Shown here: positions 14,760 to 34,110 of the stretch, piece after piece
Numbering within the stretch: position 1 is the first letter of the stretch
Layout of the letters: the number at the start of each line of letters is the position of its first letter
Source of the DNA: the human T2T-CHM13v2.0 reference genome, Homo sapiens
Reading direction: 5' to 3' (one strand)
Length of the DNA: 64,000 bases
Assembly (NCBI RefSeq): GCF_009914755.1
Contig: NC_060948.1
Position numbers and translations under genes: made by a program
The notes under the pieces: generated by a model
Told to the model about the DNA's origin: nothing
Seen by the model: the letters and a program-made list of their open reading frames with translations, nothing else
Database searches by the model: none

Positions 14760-16862
14760 AGATCCATATTTTTTAAATGAAAAAAAATTTCAAAGGTACT
14801 CTGCTTGGTACAATAATGAAATGTATAAACTGAGGAATAAAACATAACCATGAAACCTACTTATAAATGCATATGGAAAATACAGAGGATAATTTTTTAA
14901 ATAACATATTTTGAAAGCCTTAACTAGTAATTTGAAGAGTTGGCATTTGAAAGGCCAGTATGAATATACCTTCAAAGCAGCAACACAGGTTCCCCATGAG
15001 AAAAAGCAAACTCAGGGAAAATAAAACCACAAAGGTTCAATCTCTTCTGACCTTTGAAAGACACAGCACAGACAGTGGTCCTTAGGACGAAGAGCAGGAG
15101 ACCCCTAATTCCGTCACCATGGCGATAGGGCATAAACATTGCTGGGTGAGGGCACAATCCACATTGTGAGGTCCAACTGCTGCCAGGAAGACAGGAGTGC
15201 TTTTACATAGACCGAAAGGTCATTGAAGGCTCAGAGTTTTGTTTCAAGAACTGAATCCCAAGCCCACACGTTATTAGGCTGCGCTTCTTAAAACAAGTTA
15301 TGAGATGGGAAAAAGGGCACCCACAAACATAGGTATACATTATGTATATAATAATATACAGTATCATATATATAATATATATAACGTATGTATAATATTG
15401 TTTTACATCCTGCATCTTATGTTATATATATTGTATAAAATATAATAATTGATAATATATAAGTTTTATATTTATACAATATGACATATAGTATATATTT
15501 TAATTTATGACATATATAATATATGTTATATATCATATATAGAATATAATATACGGTTAATATACGTATTAAATATAAATTATACATTATATATATTATA
15601 TATATTATATCTGTTATATATAATACCCATTATGCATAATATATATATTATGTCTATGATATATATAGTACAAAACAACATATAATAATATATAATTGTA
15701 TATATAAAATGCGACATATAATATATATTATATTTTATGACATATGTAATATATATTATATATTATATATAATGCGTTGTATGTATAATACCTATATTAA
15801 ATATACATTACATGACTATGTTATTAATTACATGTCACATGTGTTATATATTATTTATTTTACATAGAATATACCGGTTACATACAATATATAGTATGTT
15901 ACCTATAATGTATAATTTATTACATGTAAAATAAAGAATGCAATATATTATGTATAATTTATAATATACAATATGTGGAATGTGATATATATAACATATA
16001 ATATATGATATATGATATAGAGTATATGATATATAACATACAATATATGATACCTAATATATATGATATACAATATATATTTTATGATATGTATTCTATA
16101 TGTTATATATTCTGTTATATATAACTGTTTGAAATTATATATAACTGTATAATATTTTAGGTAAATATGTAATATAATATATATAACTTTATAATATATT
16201 ATATATAACTATATATTATGTTATATATACTTTTATAACATAATTTACATAAAATATCATAATATAATATATATTATATTATTTCATATTACATAATATA
16301 TATTACATATCACCCAATATAAGTAACATACATAATATTATAATATAGATTATATTATCTTATATTAAATATCATATATATCATGTATCATATATTCTAT
16401 AATATATATTATACATTATATAATATGTATGTTGTCTATTATGTGATATATATAACTATATATAATTATATTATTATACATATAACTAGATAAACATGTA
16501 ATTCTACATATTTTCATTTATAATATATAGAATTATATAATCATATATAATTATTTATATTCTATAAAAAATTATATCATTATATAAATTAGAATATATA
16601 AAAATTATAATATGTACTACAAACATATATATTATATATCATATATGATATAGTACCTTTGTTATATATCATAATACATATAAATGTGTATTATGTTATC
16701 TATAATTATATAATTTCATATATAAGATGTATAATATGTATTATTTATTATATACGTTATGTAATATATATAGTATATATAAGCTGACACAGGATAAATA
16801 TTATATACTATGACATATAAAATATATGAGGTTATATGTTACATATAAGGCATAGCATATAA

Positions 16863-17177
<315 letters not shown>

Positions 17178-19280
17178 AGATCCATATTTTTTAAATGAAA
17201 AAAAATTTCAAAGGTACTCTGCTTGGTACAATAATGAAATGTATAAACTGAGGAATAAAACATAACCATGAAACCTACTTATAAATGCATATGGAAAATA
17301 CAGAGGATAATTTTTTAAATAACATATTTTGAAAGCCTTAACTAGTAATTTGAAGAGTTGGCATTTGAAAGGCCAGTATGAATATACCTTCAAAGCAGCA
17401 ACACAGGTTCCCCATGAGGAAAAGCAAACTCAGGGAAAATAAAACCACAAAGGTTCAATCTCTTCTGACCTTTGAAAGACACAGCACAGACAGTGGTCCT
17501 TAGGACGAAGAGCAGGAGACCCCTAATTCCGTCACCATGGCGATAGGGCATAAACATTGCTGGGTGAGGGCACAATCCACATTGTGAGGTCCAACTGCTG
17601 CCAGGAAGACAGGAGTGCTTTTACATAGACCGAAAGGTCATTGAAGGCTCAGAGTTTTGTTTCAAGAACTGAATCCCAAGCCCACACGTTATTAGGCTGC
17701 GCTTCTTAAAACAAGTTATGAGATGGGAAAAAGGGCACCCACAAACATACGTATACATTATGTATATAATAATATACAGTATCATATATATAATATATAT
17801 AACCTATGTATAATATTGTTTTACATCCTGCATCTTATGTTATATATATTGTATAAAATATAATAATTGATAATATATAAGTTTTATATTTATACAATAT
17901 GACATATAGTATATATTATAATTTATGACATATATAATATATGTTATATATCATATATAGAATATATTATACGGTTAATATACGTATTAAATATAAATTA
18001 TACATTATATATATTATATATATTATATCTGTTATATATAATACCCATTATGCATAATATATATATTATGTCTATGATATATATAGTACAAAACAACATA
18101 TAATAATATATAATTGTATATATAAAATGCGACATATAATATATATTATATTTTATGACATATGTAATATATATTATATATTATATATAATGCGTTGTAT
18201 GTATAATACCTATATTAAATATACATTACATGACTATGTTATTAATTACATGTCACATGTGTTATATATTATTTATTTTACATAGAATATACCGGTTACA
18301 TACAATATATAGTATGTTACCTATAATGTATAATTTATTACATGTAAAATAAAGAATGCAATATATTATGTATAATTTATAATATACAATATGTGGAATG
18401 TGATATATATAACATATAATATATGATATATGATATAGAGTATATGATATATAACATACAATATATGATACCTAATATATATGATATACAATATATATTT
18501 TATGATATGTATTCTATATGTTATATATTCTGTTATATATAACTGTTTGAAATTATATATAACTGTATAATATTTTAGGTAAATATGTAATATAATATAT
18601 ATAACTTTATAATATATTATATATAACTATATATTATGTTATATATACTTTTATAACATAATTTACATAAAATATCATAATATAATATATATTATATTAT
18701 TTCATATTACATAATATATATTACATATCACCCAATATAAGTAACATACATAATATTATAATATAGATTATATTATCTTATATTAAATATCATATATATC
18801 ATGTATCATATATTCTATAATATATATTATACATTATATAATATGTATGTTGTCTATTATGTGATATATATAACTATATATAATTATATTATTATACATA
18901 TAACTAGATAAACATGTAATTCTACATATTTTCATTTATAATATATAGAATTATATAATCATATATAATTATTTATATTCTATAAAAAATTATATCATTA
19001 TATAAATTAGAATATATAAAAATTATAATATGTACTACAAACATATATATTATATATCATATATGATATAGTACCTTTGTTATATATCATAATACATATA
19101 AATGTGTATTATGTTATCTATAATTATATAATTTCATATATAAGATGTATAATATGTATTATTTATTATATACGTTATGTAATATATATAGTATATATAA
19201 GCTGACACAGGATAAATATTATATACTATGACATATAAAATATATGAGGTTATATGTTACATATAAGGCATAGCATATAA

Positions 19281-19595
<315 letters not shown>

Positions 19596-21698
19596 AGATC
19601 CATATTTTTTAAATGAAAAAAAATTTCAAAGGTACTCTGCTTGGTACAATAATGAAATGTATAAACTGAGGAATAAAACATAACCATGAAACCTACTTAT
19701 AAATGCATATGGAAAATACAGAGGATAATTTTTTAAATAACATATTTTGAAAGCCTTAACTAGTAATTTGAAGAGTTGGCATTTGAAAGGCCAGTATGAA
19801 TATACCTTCAAAGCAGCAACACAGGTTCCCCATGAGGAAAAGCAAACTCAGGGAAAATAAAACCACAAAGGTTCAATCTCTTCTGACCTTTGAAAGACAC
19901 AGCACAGACAGTGGTCCTTAGGACGAAGAGCAGGAGACCCCTAATTCCGTCACCATGGCGATAGGGCATAAACATTGCTGGGTGAGGGCACAATCCACAT
20001 TGTGAGGTCCAACTGCTGCCAGGAAGACAGGAGTGCTTTTACATAGACCGAAAGGTCATTGAAGGCTCAGAGTTTTGTTTCAAGAACTGAATCCCAAGCC
20101 CACACGTTATTAGGCTGCGCTTCTTAAAACAAGTTATGAGATGGGAAAAAGGGCACCCACAAACATACGTATACATTATGTATATAATAATATACAGTAT
20201 CATATATATAATATATATAACCTATGTATAATATTGTTTTACATCCTGCATCTTATGTTATATATATTGTATAAAATATAATAATTGATAATATATAAGT
20301 TTTATATTTATACAATATGACATATAGTATATATTATAATTTATGACATATATAATATATGTTATATATCATATATAGAATATATTATACGGTTAATATA
20401 CGTATTAAATATAAATTATACATTATATATATTATATATATTATATCTGTTATATATAATACCCATTATGCATAATATATATATTATGTCTATGATATAT
20501 ATAGTACAAAACAACATATAATAATATATAATTGTATATATAAAATGCGACATATAATATATATTATATTTTATGACATATGTAATATATATTATATATT
20601 ATATATAATGCGTTGTATGTATAATACCTATATTAAATATACATTACATGACTATGTTATTAATTACATGTCACATGTGTTATATATTATTTATTTTACA
20701 TAGAATATACCGGTTACATACAATATATAGTATGTTACCTATAATGTATAATTTATTACATGTAAAATAAAGAATGCAATATATTATGTATAATTTATAA
20801 TATACAATATGTGGAATGTGATATATATAACATATAATATATGATATATGATATAGAGTATATGATATATAACATACAATATATGATACCTAATATATAT
20901 GATATACAATATATATTTTATGATATGTATTCTATATGTTATATATTCTGTTATATATAACTGTTTGAAATTATATATAACTGTATAATATTTTAGGTAA
21001 ATATGTAATATAATATATATAACTTTATAATATATTATATATAACTATATATTATGTTATATATACTTTTATAACATAATTTACATAAAATATCATAATA
21101 TAATATATATTATATTATTTCATATTACATAATATATATTACATATCACCCAATATAAGTAACATACATAATATTATAATATAGATTATATTATCTTATA
21201 TTAAATATCATATATATCATGTATCATATATTCTATAATATATATTATACATTATATAATATGTATGTTGTCTATTATGTGATATATATAACTATATATA
21301 ATTATATTATTATACATATAACTAGATAAACATGTAATTCTACATATTTTCATTTATAATATATAGAATTATATAATCATATATAATTATTTATATTCTA
21401 TAAAAAATTATATCATTATATAAATTAGAATATATAAAAATTATAATATGTACTACAAACATATATATTATATATCATATATGATATAGTACCTTTGTTA
21501 TATATCATAATACATATAAATGTGTATTATGTTATCTATAATTATATAATTTCATATATAAGATGTATAATATGTATTATTTATTATATACGTTATGTAA
21601 TATATATAGTATATATAAGCTGACACAGGATAAATATTATATACTATGACATATAAAATATATGAGGTTATATGTTACATATAAGGCATAGCATATAA

Positions 21699-22013
<315 letters not shown>

Positions 22014-24138
22014 AGATCCATATTTTTTAAATGAAAAAAAATTTCAAAGGTACTCTGCTTGGTACAATAATGAAATGTATAAACTGAGGAATAAAACATA
22101 ACCATGAAACCTACTTATAAATGCATATGGAAAATACAGAGGATAATTTTTTAAATAACATATTTTGAAAGCCTTAACTAGTAATTTGAAGAGTTGGCAT
22201 TTGAAAGGCCAGTATGAATATACCTTCAAAGCAGCAACACAGGTTCCCCATGAGGAAAAGCAAACTCAGGGAAAATAAAACCACAAAGGTTCAATCTCTT
22301 CTGACCTTTGAAAGACACAGCACAGACAGTGGTCCTTAGGACGAAGAGCAGGAGACCCCTAATTCCGTCACCATGGCGATAGGGCATAAACATTGCTGGG
22401 TGAGGGCACAATCCACATTGTGAGGTCCAACTGCTGCCAGGAAGACAGGAGTGCTTTTACATAGACCGAAAGGTCATTGAAGGCTCAGAGTTTTGTTTCA
22501 AGAACTGAATCCCAAGCCCACACGTTATTAGGCTGCGCTTCTTAAAACAAGTTATGAGATGGGAAAAAGGGCACCCACAAACATACGTATACATTATGTA
22601 TATAATAATATACAGTATCATATATATAATATATATAACCTATGTATAATATTGTTTTACATCCTGCATCTTATGTTATATATATTGTATAAAATATAAT
22701 AATTGATAATATATAAGTTTTATATTTATACAATATGACATATAGTATATATTATAATTTATGACATATATAATATATGTTATATATCATATATATAATA
22801 TATTATACGGTTAATATACGTATTAAATATAAATTATACATTATATATATTATATATAATATATCTGTTATATATAATACCCATTATGCATAATATATAT
22901 ATTATGTCTATGATATATATAGTATAAAACAACATATAATAATATATAATTGTATATATAAAATGCGACATATAATATATATTATATTTTATGACATATG
23001 TAATATATATTATATATTATATATAATGCGTTGTATGTATAATACCTATATTAAATATACATTACATGACTATGTTATTAATTACATGTCACATGTGTTA
23101 TATATTATTTATTTTACATAGAATATACCGGTTACATACAATATATAGTATGTTACCTATAATGTATAATTTATTACATGTAAAATAAAGAATGCAATAT
23201 ATTATGTATAATTTATAATATACAATATGTGGAATGTGATATATATAACATATAATATATGATATATGATATAGAGTATATGATATATAACATACAATAT
23301 ATGATACCTAATATATATGATATACAATATATATTTTATGATATGTATTCTATATGTTATATATTCTGTTATATATAACTGTTTGAAATTATATATAACT
23401 GTATAATATTTTAGGTAAATATGTAATATAATATATATAACTTTATAATATATTATATATAACTATATATTATGTTATATATACTTTTATAACATAATTT
23501 ACATAAAATATCATAATATAATATATATTATATTATTTCATATTACATAATATATATTACATATCACCCAATATAAGTAACATACATATTATAATATAGA
23601 TTATATTATCTTATATTAAATATCATATATATCATGTATCATATATTCTATAATATATATTATACATTATATAATATGTATGTTGTCTATTATGTGATAT
23701 ATATAACTATATATATAATTATATTATTATACATATAACTAGATAAACATGTAATTCTACATATTTTCATTTATAATATATAGAATTATATAATCATATA
23801 TAATTATTTATATTCTATAAAAAATTATATCATTATATAAATTATAATATATAAAAATTATAATATGTACTACAAACATATATATTATATATCATATATG
23901 ATATAGTAACTTTGTTATATATCATAATACATATAAATGTGTATTATGTTATCTATAATTATATAATTTCATATATAAGATGTATATTATGTATTATTTA
24001 TTATATACGTTATGTAATATATATAGTATATATAAGCTGACAAAGGATAAATATTATATACTATGACATATAAAATATATGAGGTTATATGTTACATATA
24101 AGGCATAGCACATAACATGTAATATATATCATATATAA

Positions 24139-24430
<292 letters not shown>

Positions 24431-26558
24431 AGATCCATATTTTTTAAATGAAAAAAAATTTCAAAGGTACTCTGCTTGGTACAATAATCAAATGTATAAA
24501 CTGAGGAATAAAACATAACCATGAAACCTACTTATAAATGCATATGGAAAATACAGAGGATAATTTTTTAAATAACATATTTTGAAAGCCTTAACTAGTA
24601 ATTTGAAGAGTTGGCATTTGAAAGGCCAGTATGAATATACCTTCAAAGCAGCAACACAGGTTCCCCATGAGAAAAAGCAAACTCAGGGAAAATAAAACCA
24701 CAAAGGTTCAATCTCTTCTGACCTTTGAAAGACACAGCACAGACAGTGGTCCTTAGGACGAAGAGCAGGAGACCCCTAATTCCGTCACCATGGCGATAGG
24801 GCATAAACATTGCTGGGTGAGGGCACAATCCACATTGTGAGGTCCAAGTGCTGCCAGGAAGACAGGAGTGCTTTTACGTAGACCGAAAGGTCATTGAAGG
24901 CTCAGAGTTTTGTTTCAAGAACTGAATCCCAAGCCCACACGTTATTAGGCTGCGCTTCTTAAAACAAGTTATGAGATGGGAAAAAGGGCACCCACAAACA
25001 TACGTATACATTATGTATATAATAATATACATTATCATATATATAATATATATAACCTATGTATAATATTGTTTTACATCCTGCATCTTATGTTATATAT
25101 ATTGTATAAAATATAATAATTGATAATATATAAGTTTTATATTTATACAATATGACATATAGTATATATTATAATTTATGACATATATAATATATGTTAT
25201 ATATAATATATAGAATATATTATACGGTTAATATACGTATTAAATATAAATTATACATTATATATATTATATATAATATATCTGTTATATATAATACCCA
25301 TTATGCATAATATATATATTATGTCTATGTTATATATAGTATAAAACAACATATAATAATATATAATTGTATATATAAAATGCGACATATAATATATATT
25401 ATATTTTATGACATATGTAATATATATTATATATTATATATAATGCGTTGTATGTATAATACCTATATTAAATATATATTACATGACTATGTTATTAATT
25501 ACATGTCACATGTGTTATATATTATATATTTTACATAGAATATACCGGTTACAAACAATATATACTATGTTACCTATAATGTATAATTTATTACATGTAA
25601 AATAAAGAAAGCAATATATTATGTATAATTTATAATATACAATATGTGGAATGTGATATATATAACATATAATATATGATATATGATATACAGTATATGA
25701 TATATAACATACAATATATGATACCTAATATATATGGTATACAATATATATTTTATGATATGTATTCTCTATGTTTTATATTCTGTTATATATAACTATT
25801 TGAAATTATATATAACTGTATAATATTTTATGTAAATATGTAATATAATATATATAACTATATAATATATTATATATAACTATATATTATGTTATATATA
25901 CTTTTTTAACATAATTTACATAAAATATCATAATATAATATATATTATATTATTTCATATTACTTAATATATATTACATATCACCCAATATAAGTAACAT
26001 ACATAATATTATAATATAGATTATATTATGTTATATTAAATATCATATATATCATGTATCATACATTCTATAATATATATTACACATTATATAATATGTA
26101 TGTTGTCTATTATGTGATATATATAACTATATATATAATTATATTATTAAACATATAACTAGATAAACATGTAATTCTACATATTTTCATTTATAATATA
26201 TAGAATTATATAATCATATATAATTATTTATATTCTATAAAAAATTATATCATTATATAAAATATAATATATAAAAATTATAATATGTACTACAAATATA
26301 TATATTATATATCATATATGATATAGTACCTTTGTTATATATCATAATACATATAAATGTGTATTATGTTATCTATAATTATATAATTTCATATATAAGA
26401 TGTATAATATGTATCATATATTATATATGTTATGTAATATATATAGTATATATAAGATGACACAGGATAAATATTATATACTATGACATATAAAATATAT
26501 GAGGTTATATGTTACGTATAAGGCATAGCACATAACATGTAATATATATCATATATAA

Positions 26559-26850
26559 TTTTTTTTTAGACAGAATCTTGTCCTGTTGCACAGGGTGGGG
26601 TACAATGGCGCCATCTTTGCTCACTTCAACATCTGCCTCACGGGTCCAAGCGATTGTCCTCCCTCAGCCTCCCAGGTAGCTGGGACTACACCACACTGGG
26701 ACTACAGCAGCTGCCACCATGCCTAGCTAATTTTTTGGATTTTTAGTAGTGACAGCGTTTCACTGTATTGGCCAGGATGGTCTTGATCTCTTCACCTTGT
26801 GATCCCCTTGCCTTGGCCTCCAAATTTGCTGGGATTACAGGCCTGAGCCA
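26559..26850 (-). mobile_element. Diverged Alu in DYZ2 unit 8
   Basis: Same antisense Alu sequence. Confidence 0.95.
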
Positions 26851-28955
26851 AGATCCATATTTTTTAAATGAAAAAAAATTTCAAAGGTACTCTGCTTGGT
26901 ACAATAATCAAATGTATAAACTGAGGAATAAAACATAACCATGAAACCTACTTATAACTGCATATGGAAAATACAGAGGATAATTTTTTAAATAACATAT
27001 TTTGAAAGCCTTAACTAGTAATTTGAAGAGTTGGCATTTGAAAGGCCAGTATGAATATACCTTCAAAGCAGCAACACAGGTTCCCCATGAGAAAAAGCAA
27101 ACTCAGGGAAAATAAAACCACAAAGGTTCAATCTCTTCTGACCTTTGAAAGACACAGCACAGACAGTGGTCCTTAGGACGAAGAGCAGGAGACCCCTAAT
27201 TCCGTCACCATGGCGATAGGGCATAAACATTGCTGGGTAAGGGCCCAATCCACATTGTGAGGTCCAACTGCTGCCAGGAAGACAGGAGTGCTTTTACATA
27301 GACCGAAAGGTCATTGAAGGCTCAGAGTTTTGTTTCAAGAACTGAATCCCAAGCCCACACGTTATTAGGCTGCGCTACTTAAAACAAGTTATGAGATGGG
27401 AAAAAGGGCACCCACAAACATACGTATACATTATGTATATAATAATATACAGTATCATATATATAATATATATAACCTATGTATAATATTGTTTTACATC
27501 CTGAGTCTTATGTTATATATATTGCATAAAATATAATAATTGATAATATATAAGTTTTATATTAATTCAATATGACATATAGTATATATTATAATTTATG
27601 ACATATATAATATATGTTATATATCATATATAGAATATATTATACGGTTAATATACGTATTAAATATAAATTATACATTATATATATTATATATAATATA
27701 TCTGTTATATATAATACCCATTATGCATAATATATATATTATGTCTATGTTATATATAGTATAAAACAACATATAATAATATATAATTGTATATATAAAA
27801 TGCGACATATAATATATATTATATTTTATGACATAAGTAATATATATTATATATTATATATAATACGTTGTATGTATAATACCTATATTAAATATATATT
27901 ATATGACTATGTTATTAATTACATGTCACATATGTTATATATTATATATTTTACATAGAATATACGGGTTACATACAATATATACTATGTTACTTATAAT
28001 GTATAATTTATTACATGTAAAATAAAGAATGCAATATATTATGTATAATTCATAATATACAATATGTGGAATGTGATATATATAACATATAATATATGAT
28101 ATATGATATAGAGTATATGATATATAACATACAATATATGATACCTAATATATATGGTATACAATATATATTTTATGATATGTATTCCATATGTTATATA
28201 TTCTCTTATATATAACTGTTTGAAATTATATATAACTGCATAATATTTTAGGTAAATATGTAATATAATATATATAACTTTATAATATATTATATATAAC
28301 TATATATTATGTTATATATACTTTTATAACATAATTTACATAAAATATCATAATATAATATATATTATATTATTTCATGTTACATAATATATCTTACATA
28401 TCACCCAATATAAGTAACATACATAATATTATAATATAGATTATATTATGTTATATTAAATATCATATATATCATGTATCGTATATTCTATAATATATAT
28501 TATACATTATATAATATGTATGTTGTCTATTATGTGATATATATAACTATATATATAATTATATTATTATACATATAACTAGATAAACATGTAATTCTAC
28601 ATATTTTCATTTATAATATATAGAATTATATAATCATATATAATTATTTATATTCTATAAAAAATTATATCATTATATAAATTATAATATATAAAAATTA
28701 TAATATGTACTACAAACATATATATTATATATCATATATGATATAGTACCTTTGTTATATATCATAATACATATAAATGTGTATTATGTTATCTATAATT
28801 ATATAATTTCATATATAAGATGTATAATATGTATTATATATTATATATGTTATGTAATATATATAGTATATATAAGATGACACAGGATAAATATTATATA
28901 CAATGACATATAAAATATATGAGGTTATATGTTACATATAAGGCATAGCACATAA

Positions 28956-29270
<315 letters not shown>

Positions 29271-31398
29271 AGATCCATATTTTTTAAATGCAAAAAAATT
29301 TCAAAGGTACTCTGCTTGGTACATTAATCAAATGTATAAACTGAGGAATAAAACATAACCATGAAACCTACTTATAACTGCATATGGAAAATACAGAGGA
29401 TAATTTTTTAAATAACATATTTTGAAAGGCTTAACTAGTAATTTGAAGAGTTGGCATTTGAAAGGCCAGTATGAATATACCTTCAAAGCAGCAACACAGG
29501 TTCCCCATGAGAAAAAGCAAACTCAGGGAAAATAAAAACATAAAGGTTCAATCTCTTCTGACCTTTGAAAGACACAGCACAGACAGTGGTCCTTAGGACG
29601 AAGAGCAGGAGACCCCTAATTCCGTCACCATGGCGATAGGGCATAAACACTGCTGGGTGAGGGCACAATCCACATTGTGAGGTCCAACTGCTGCCAGGAA
29701 GACAGGAGTGCTTTTACATAGACCGAAAGGTCATTGAAGGCTCAGAGTTTTGTTTCAAGAACTGAATCCCAAGCCCACACGTTATTAGGCTGCGCTTCTT
29801 AAAACAAGTTATGAGATGGGAAAAAGGGCACCCACAAACATACGTATACATTATGTATATAATAATATACAGTATCATATATATAATATATATAACCTAT
29901 GTATAATATTGTTTTACATCCTGCATCTTATAATATATATATTGTATAAAATATAATAATTGATAATATATATGTTTTATATTTATACAATATGACATAT
30001 AGTATATATTATAATTTATGACATATATAATATATGTTATATATCATATATAGAATATATTATACGGTTAATATACGTATTAAATATAAATTATACATTA
30101 TATATATTATATATAATATATCTGTTATATATAATACCCATTATGCATAATATATATATTATGTCTATGTTATATATAGTATAAAACAACATATAATAAT
30201 ATATAATTGTATATATAAAATGCGACATATAATATATATTATATTTTATGACATATGTAATATATATTATATATTATATATAATACGTTGTATGTATAAT
30301 ACCTATATTAAATATATAATATATGACTATGTTATTAATTACATGTCACATATGTTATATATTATATATTTTACATAGAATATACCGGTTACATACAATA
30401 TATACTATGTTACCTATAATGTATAATTGATTACATGTAAAATAAAGAATGCAATATATTATGTATAATTTATAATATACAATATGTGGAATGTGATATA
30501 TATAACATATAATATATGATATATGATATACAGTATATGATATATAACATACAATATATGATACCTAATATATATGGTATACAATATATATTTTATGTTA
30601 TGTATTCTATATGTTTTATATTCTGTTATATATAACTATTTGAAATTATATATAACTGTATAATATTTTATGTAAATATGTAATATAATATATATAACTA
30701 TAAAATATATTATATATAACTATATATTATGTTATATATACTTTTATAACATAATTTACATAAAATATCATAATATAATATATATTATATTATTTCACAT
30801 TACATAATATATATTACATATCACCCAATATAAGTAACATACATAATATTATAATATAGATTATATTATGTTATATTAAATATAATATATATCATGTATC
30901 ATATATTCTATAATATATATTATACATTATATAATATGTATGTTGTCCATTATGTGATATATATAACTATATATATAATTATATTATTATACATATAACT
31001 AGATAAACATGTAATTCTACATATTTTCATTTATAATATATAGAATTATATAATCATATATAATTATTTATATTCTATAAAAAATTATATCATTATATAA
31101 ATTATAATATATAAAAATTATAAGATGTACTACAAATATATATATTATATATCATATATGATATAGTACCTTTGTTATATATCATAATACATATAAATGT
31201 GTATTATGTTATCTATAATTTTATAATTTCATATATAAGATGTATAATATGTATTATATATTGTATATGTTATGTAATATATATAGTATATATAAGCTGA
31301 CACAGGATAAATATTATATACTATGACATATAAAATATATGAGGTTATATGTTACATATAAGGCATAGCACATAACATGTAATATATATCATATATAA

Positions 31399-31690
31399 TT
31401 TTTTTTTAGACAGAGTCTTGTCATGTTGCACAGGGTGGAGTAAAATGGCGCCATCTTTGCTCACTGCAACATCTGCCTCACGGGTCCAAGCGATTGTCCT
31501 TCCTCAGCCTCCCAGGTAGCTGGGACTACACCACACTGGGACTACACCAGCTGCCACCATGCCTAGCTAATTTTTTGGATTTTTAGTAGTGACAGCGTTT
31601 CACTGTATTGGCCAGGATGGTGTTGATCTCTTCACCTTGTGATCCCCTTGCCTTGGCCTCCAAATTTGCTGGGATTACAGGCCTGAGCCA
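31399..31690 (-). mobile_element. Diverged Alu in DYZ2 unit 10
   Basis: Same antisense Alu sequence. Confidence 0.95.
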
Positions 31691-33795
31691 AGATCCATAT
31701 TTTTTAAATGAAAAAAAATTTCAAAGGTACTCTGCTTGGTACAATAATCAAATGTATAAACTGAGGAATAAAACATAACCATGAAACCTACTTATAACTG
31801 CATATGGAAAATACAGAGGATAATTTTTTAAATAACATATTTTGAAAGCCTTAAGTAGTAATTTGAAGAGTTGGCATTAGAAAGGCCAGTATGAATATAC
31901 CTTCAAAGCAGCAACACAGGTTCCCCATGAGAAAAAGCAAACTCAGGGAAAATAAAACCACAAAGGTTCAATCTCTTCTGACCTTTGAAAGACACAGCAC
32001 AGACAGTGGTCCTTAGGACGAAGAGAAGGAGACCCCTAATTCCGTCACCATGGCGATAGGGCATAAACATTGCTGGGTGAGGGCACAATCCACATTGTGA
32101 GGTCCAACTGCTGCCAGGAAGACAGGAGTGCTTTTACATATACCGAAACGTCATTGAAGGCTCAGAGTTTTCTTTCAAGAACTGAATCCCAAGCCCACAC
32201 GTTATTAGGCTGCGCTTCTTAAAACAAGTTATGAGATGGGAAAAAGGGCACCCACAAACATACGTATACATTATGTATATAATAATATACAGTATCATAT
32301 ATATAATATATATAACCTATGTATAATATTGTTTTACATCCTGCATCTTCTGTTATATATATTGTATAAAATATAATAATTGATAATATATAAGTTTTAT
32401 ATATATACAATATGACATATAGTATATATTATAATTTATGACATATATAATATATGTTATGTATCATATATAGAATATATTATACGGTTAATATACGTAT
32501 TAAATATAAATTATACATTATATATATTATATATAATATATCTGTTATATATAATACCCATTATGCATAATATATATATTATGTCTATGTTATATATAGT
32601 ATAAAACAACACATAATAATATACAATTGTATATATAAAATGCGACATATAATATATATTATATTTTATGACATATGTAATATATATTATATATTATATA
32701 TAATACGTTGTAGGTATAATTCCTATATTAAATATATATTATAGGACTATGTTATTAATTACATGTCACATATGTTATATATTATATATTTTACATAGAA
32801 TATACCGGTTACATACAATATATACTATGTTACCTATAATGTATAATTTATTACATGTAAAATAAAGATTGCAATATACTATGTATAATTTATAGTATAC
32901 AATATGTGGATTGTGATATATATAACATATAATATATGATATATGATATACAGTATATGATATTTAACATACAATATATGATACCTAATATATATGGTAT
33001 ACAATATATATTTTATGATATGTATTCTCTATGTTTTATATTCTGTTATATATAACTATTTGAAATTATATATAACTGTATAATATTTTATGTAAATATG
33101 TAATATAATATATATAACTATATAATATATTATATATAACTATATATTATGTTATATATAGTTTTATAACATAATTTACATAAAATATCATAATATAATA
33201 TATATTATATTATTTCATATTACATAATATATATTACATATCACCCAATATAAGTAACATACATAATATTATAATATAGATTATATTATGTTATATTAAA
33301 TATCATATATATCATGTATCATATATTCTATAATATATATTACACATTATATAATATGTATGTTGTCTATTATGTGATATATAGAACTATATATATAATT
33401 ATATTATTATACATATAACTACATAAACATGTAATTCTACATATTTTCATTTATAATATATAGAATTATATAATCATATATAATTATTTATATTCTATAA
33501 AAAATTATATCATTATATAAATTATAATATATAAAAATTATAATATGTACTACAAACTGATATATTATATATCATATATGATACAGTACCTTTGTTATAC
33601 ATCATATAACATATAAATGTGTATTATGTCATCAATAATTATATAATTACATACATAAGATGTATAATATGTATTATATATTATATATGTTATGTAATAT
33701 ATATAGTATATATAAGCTGACACAGCATAAATATTATATACTATGACATATAAAATATATGAGGTTATATGTTACATATAAGGCATAGCACATAA

Positions 33796-34110
<315 letters not shown>

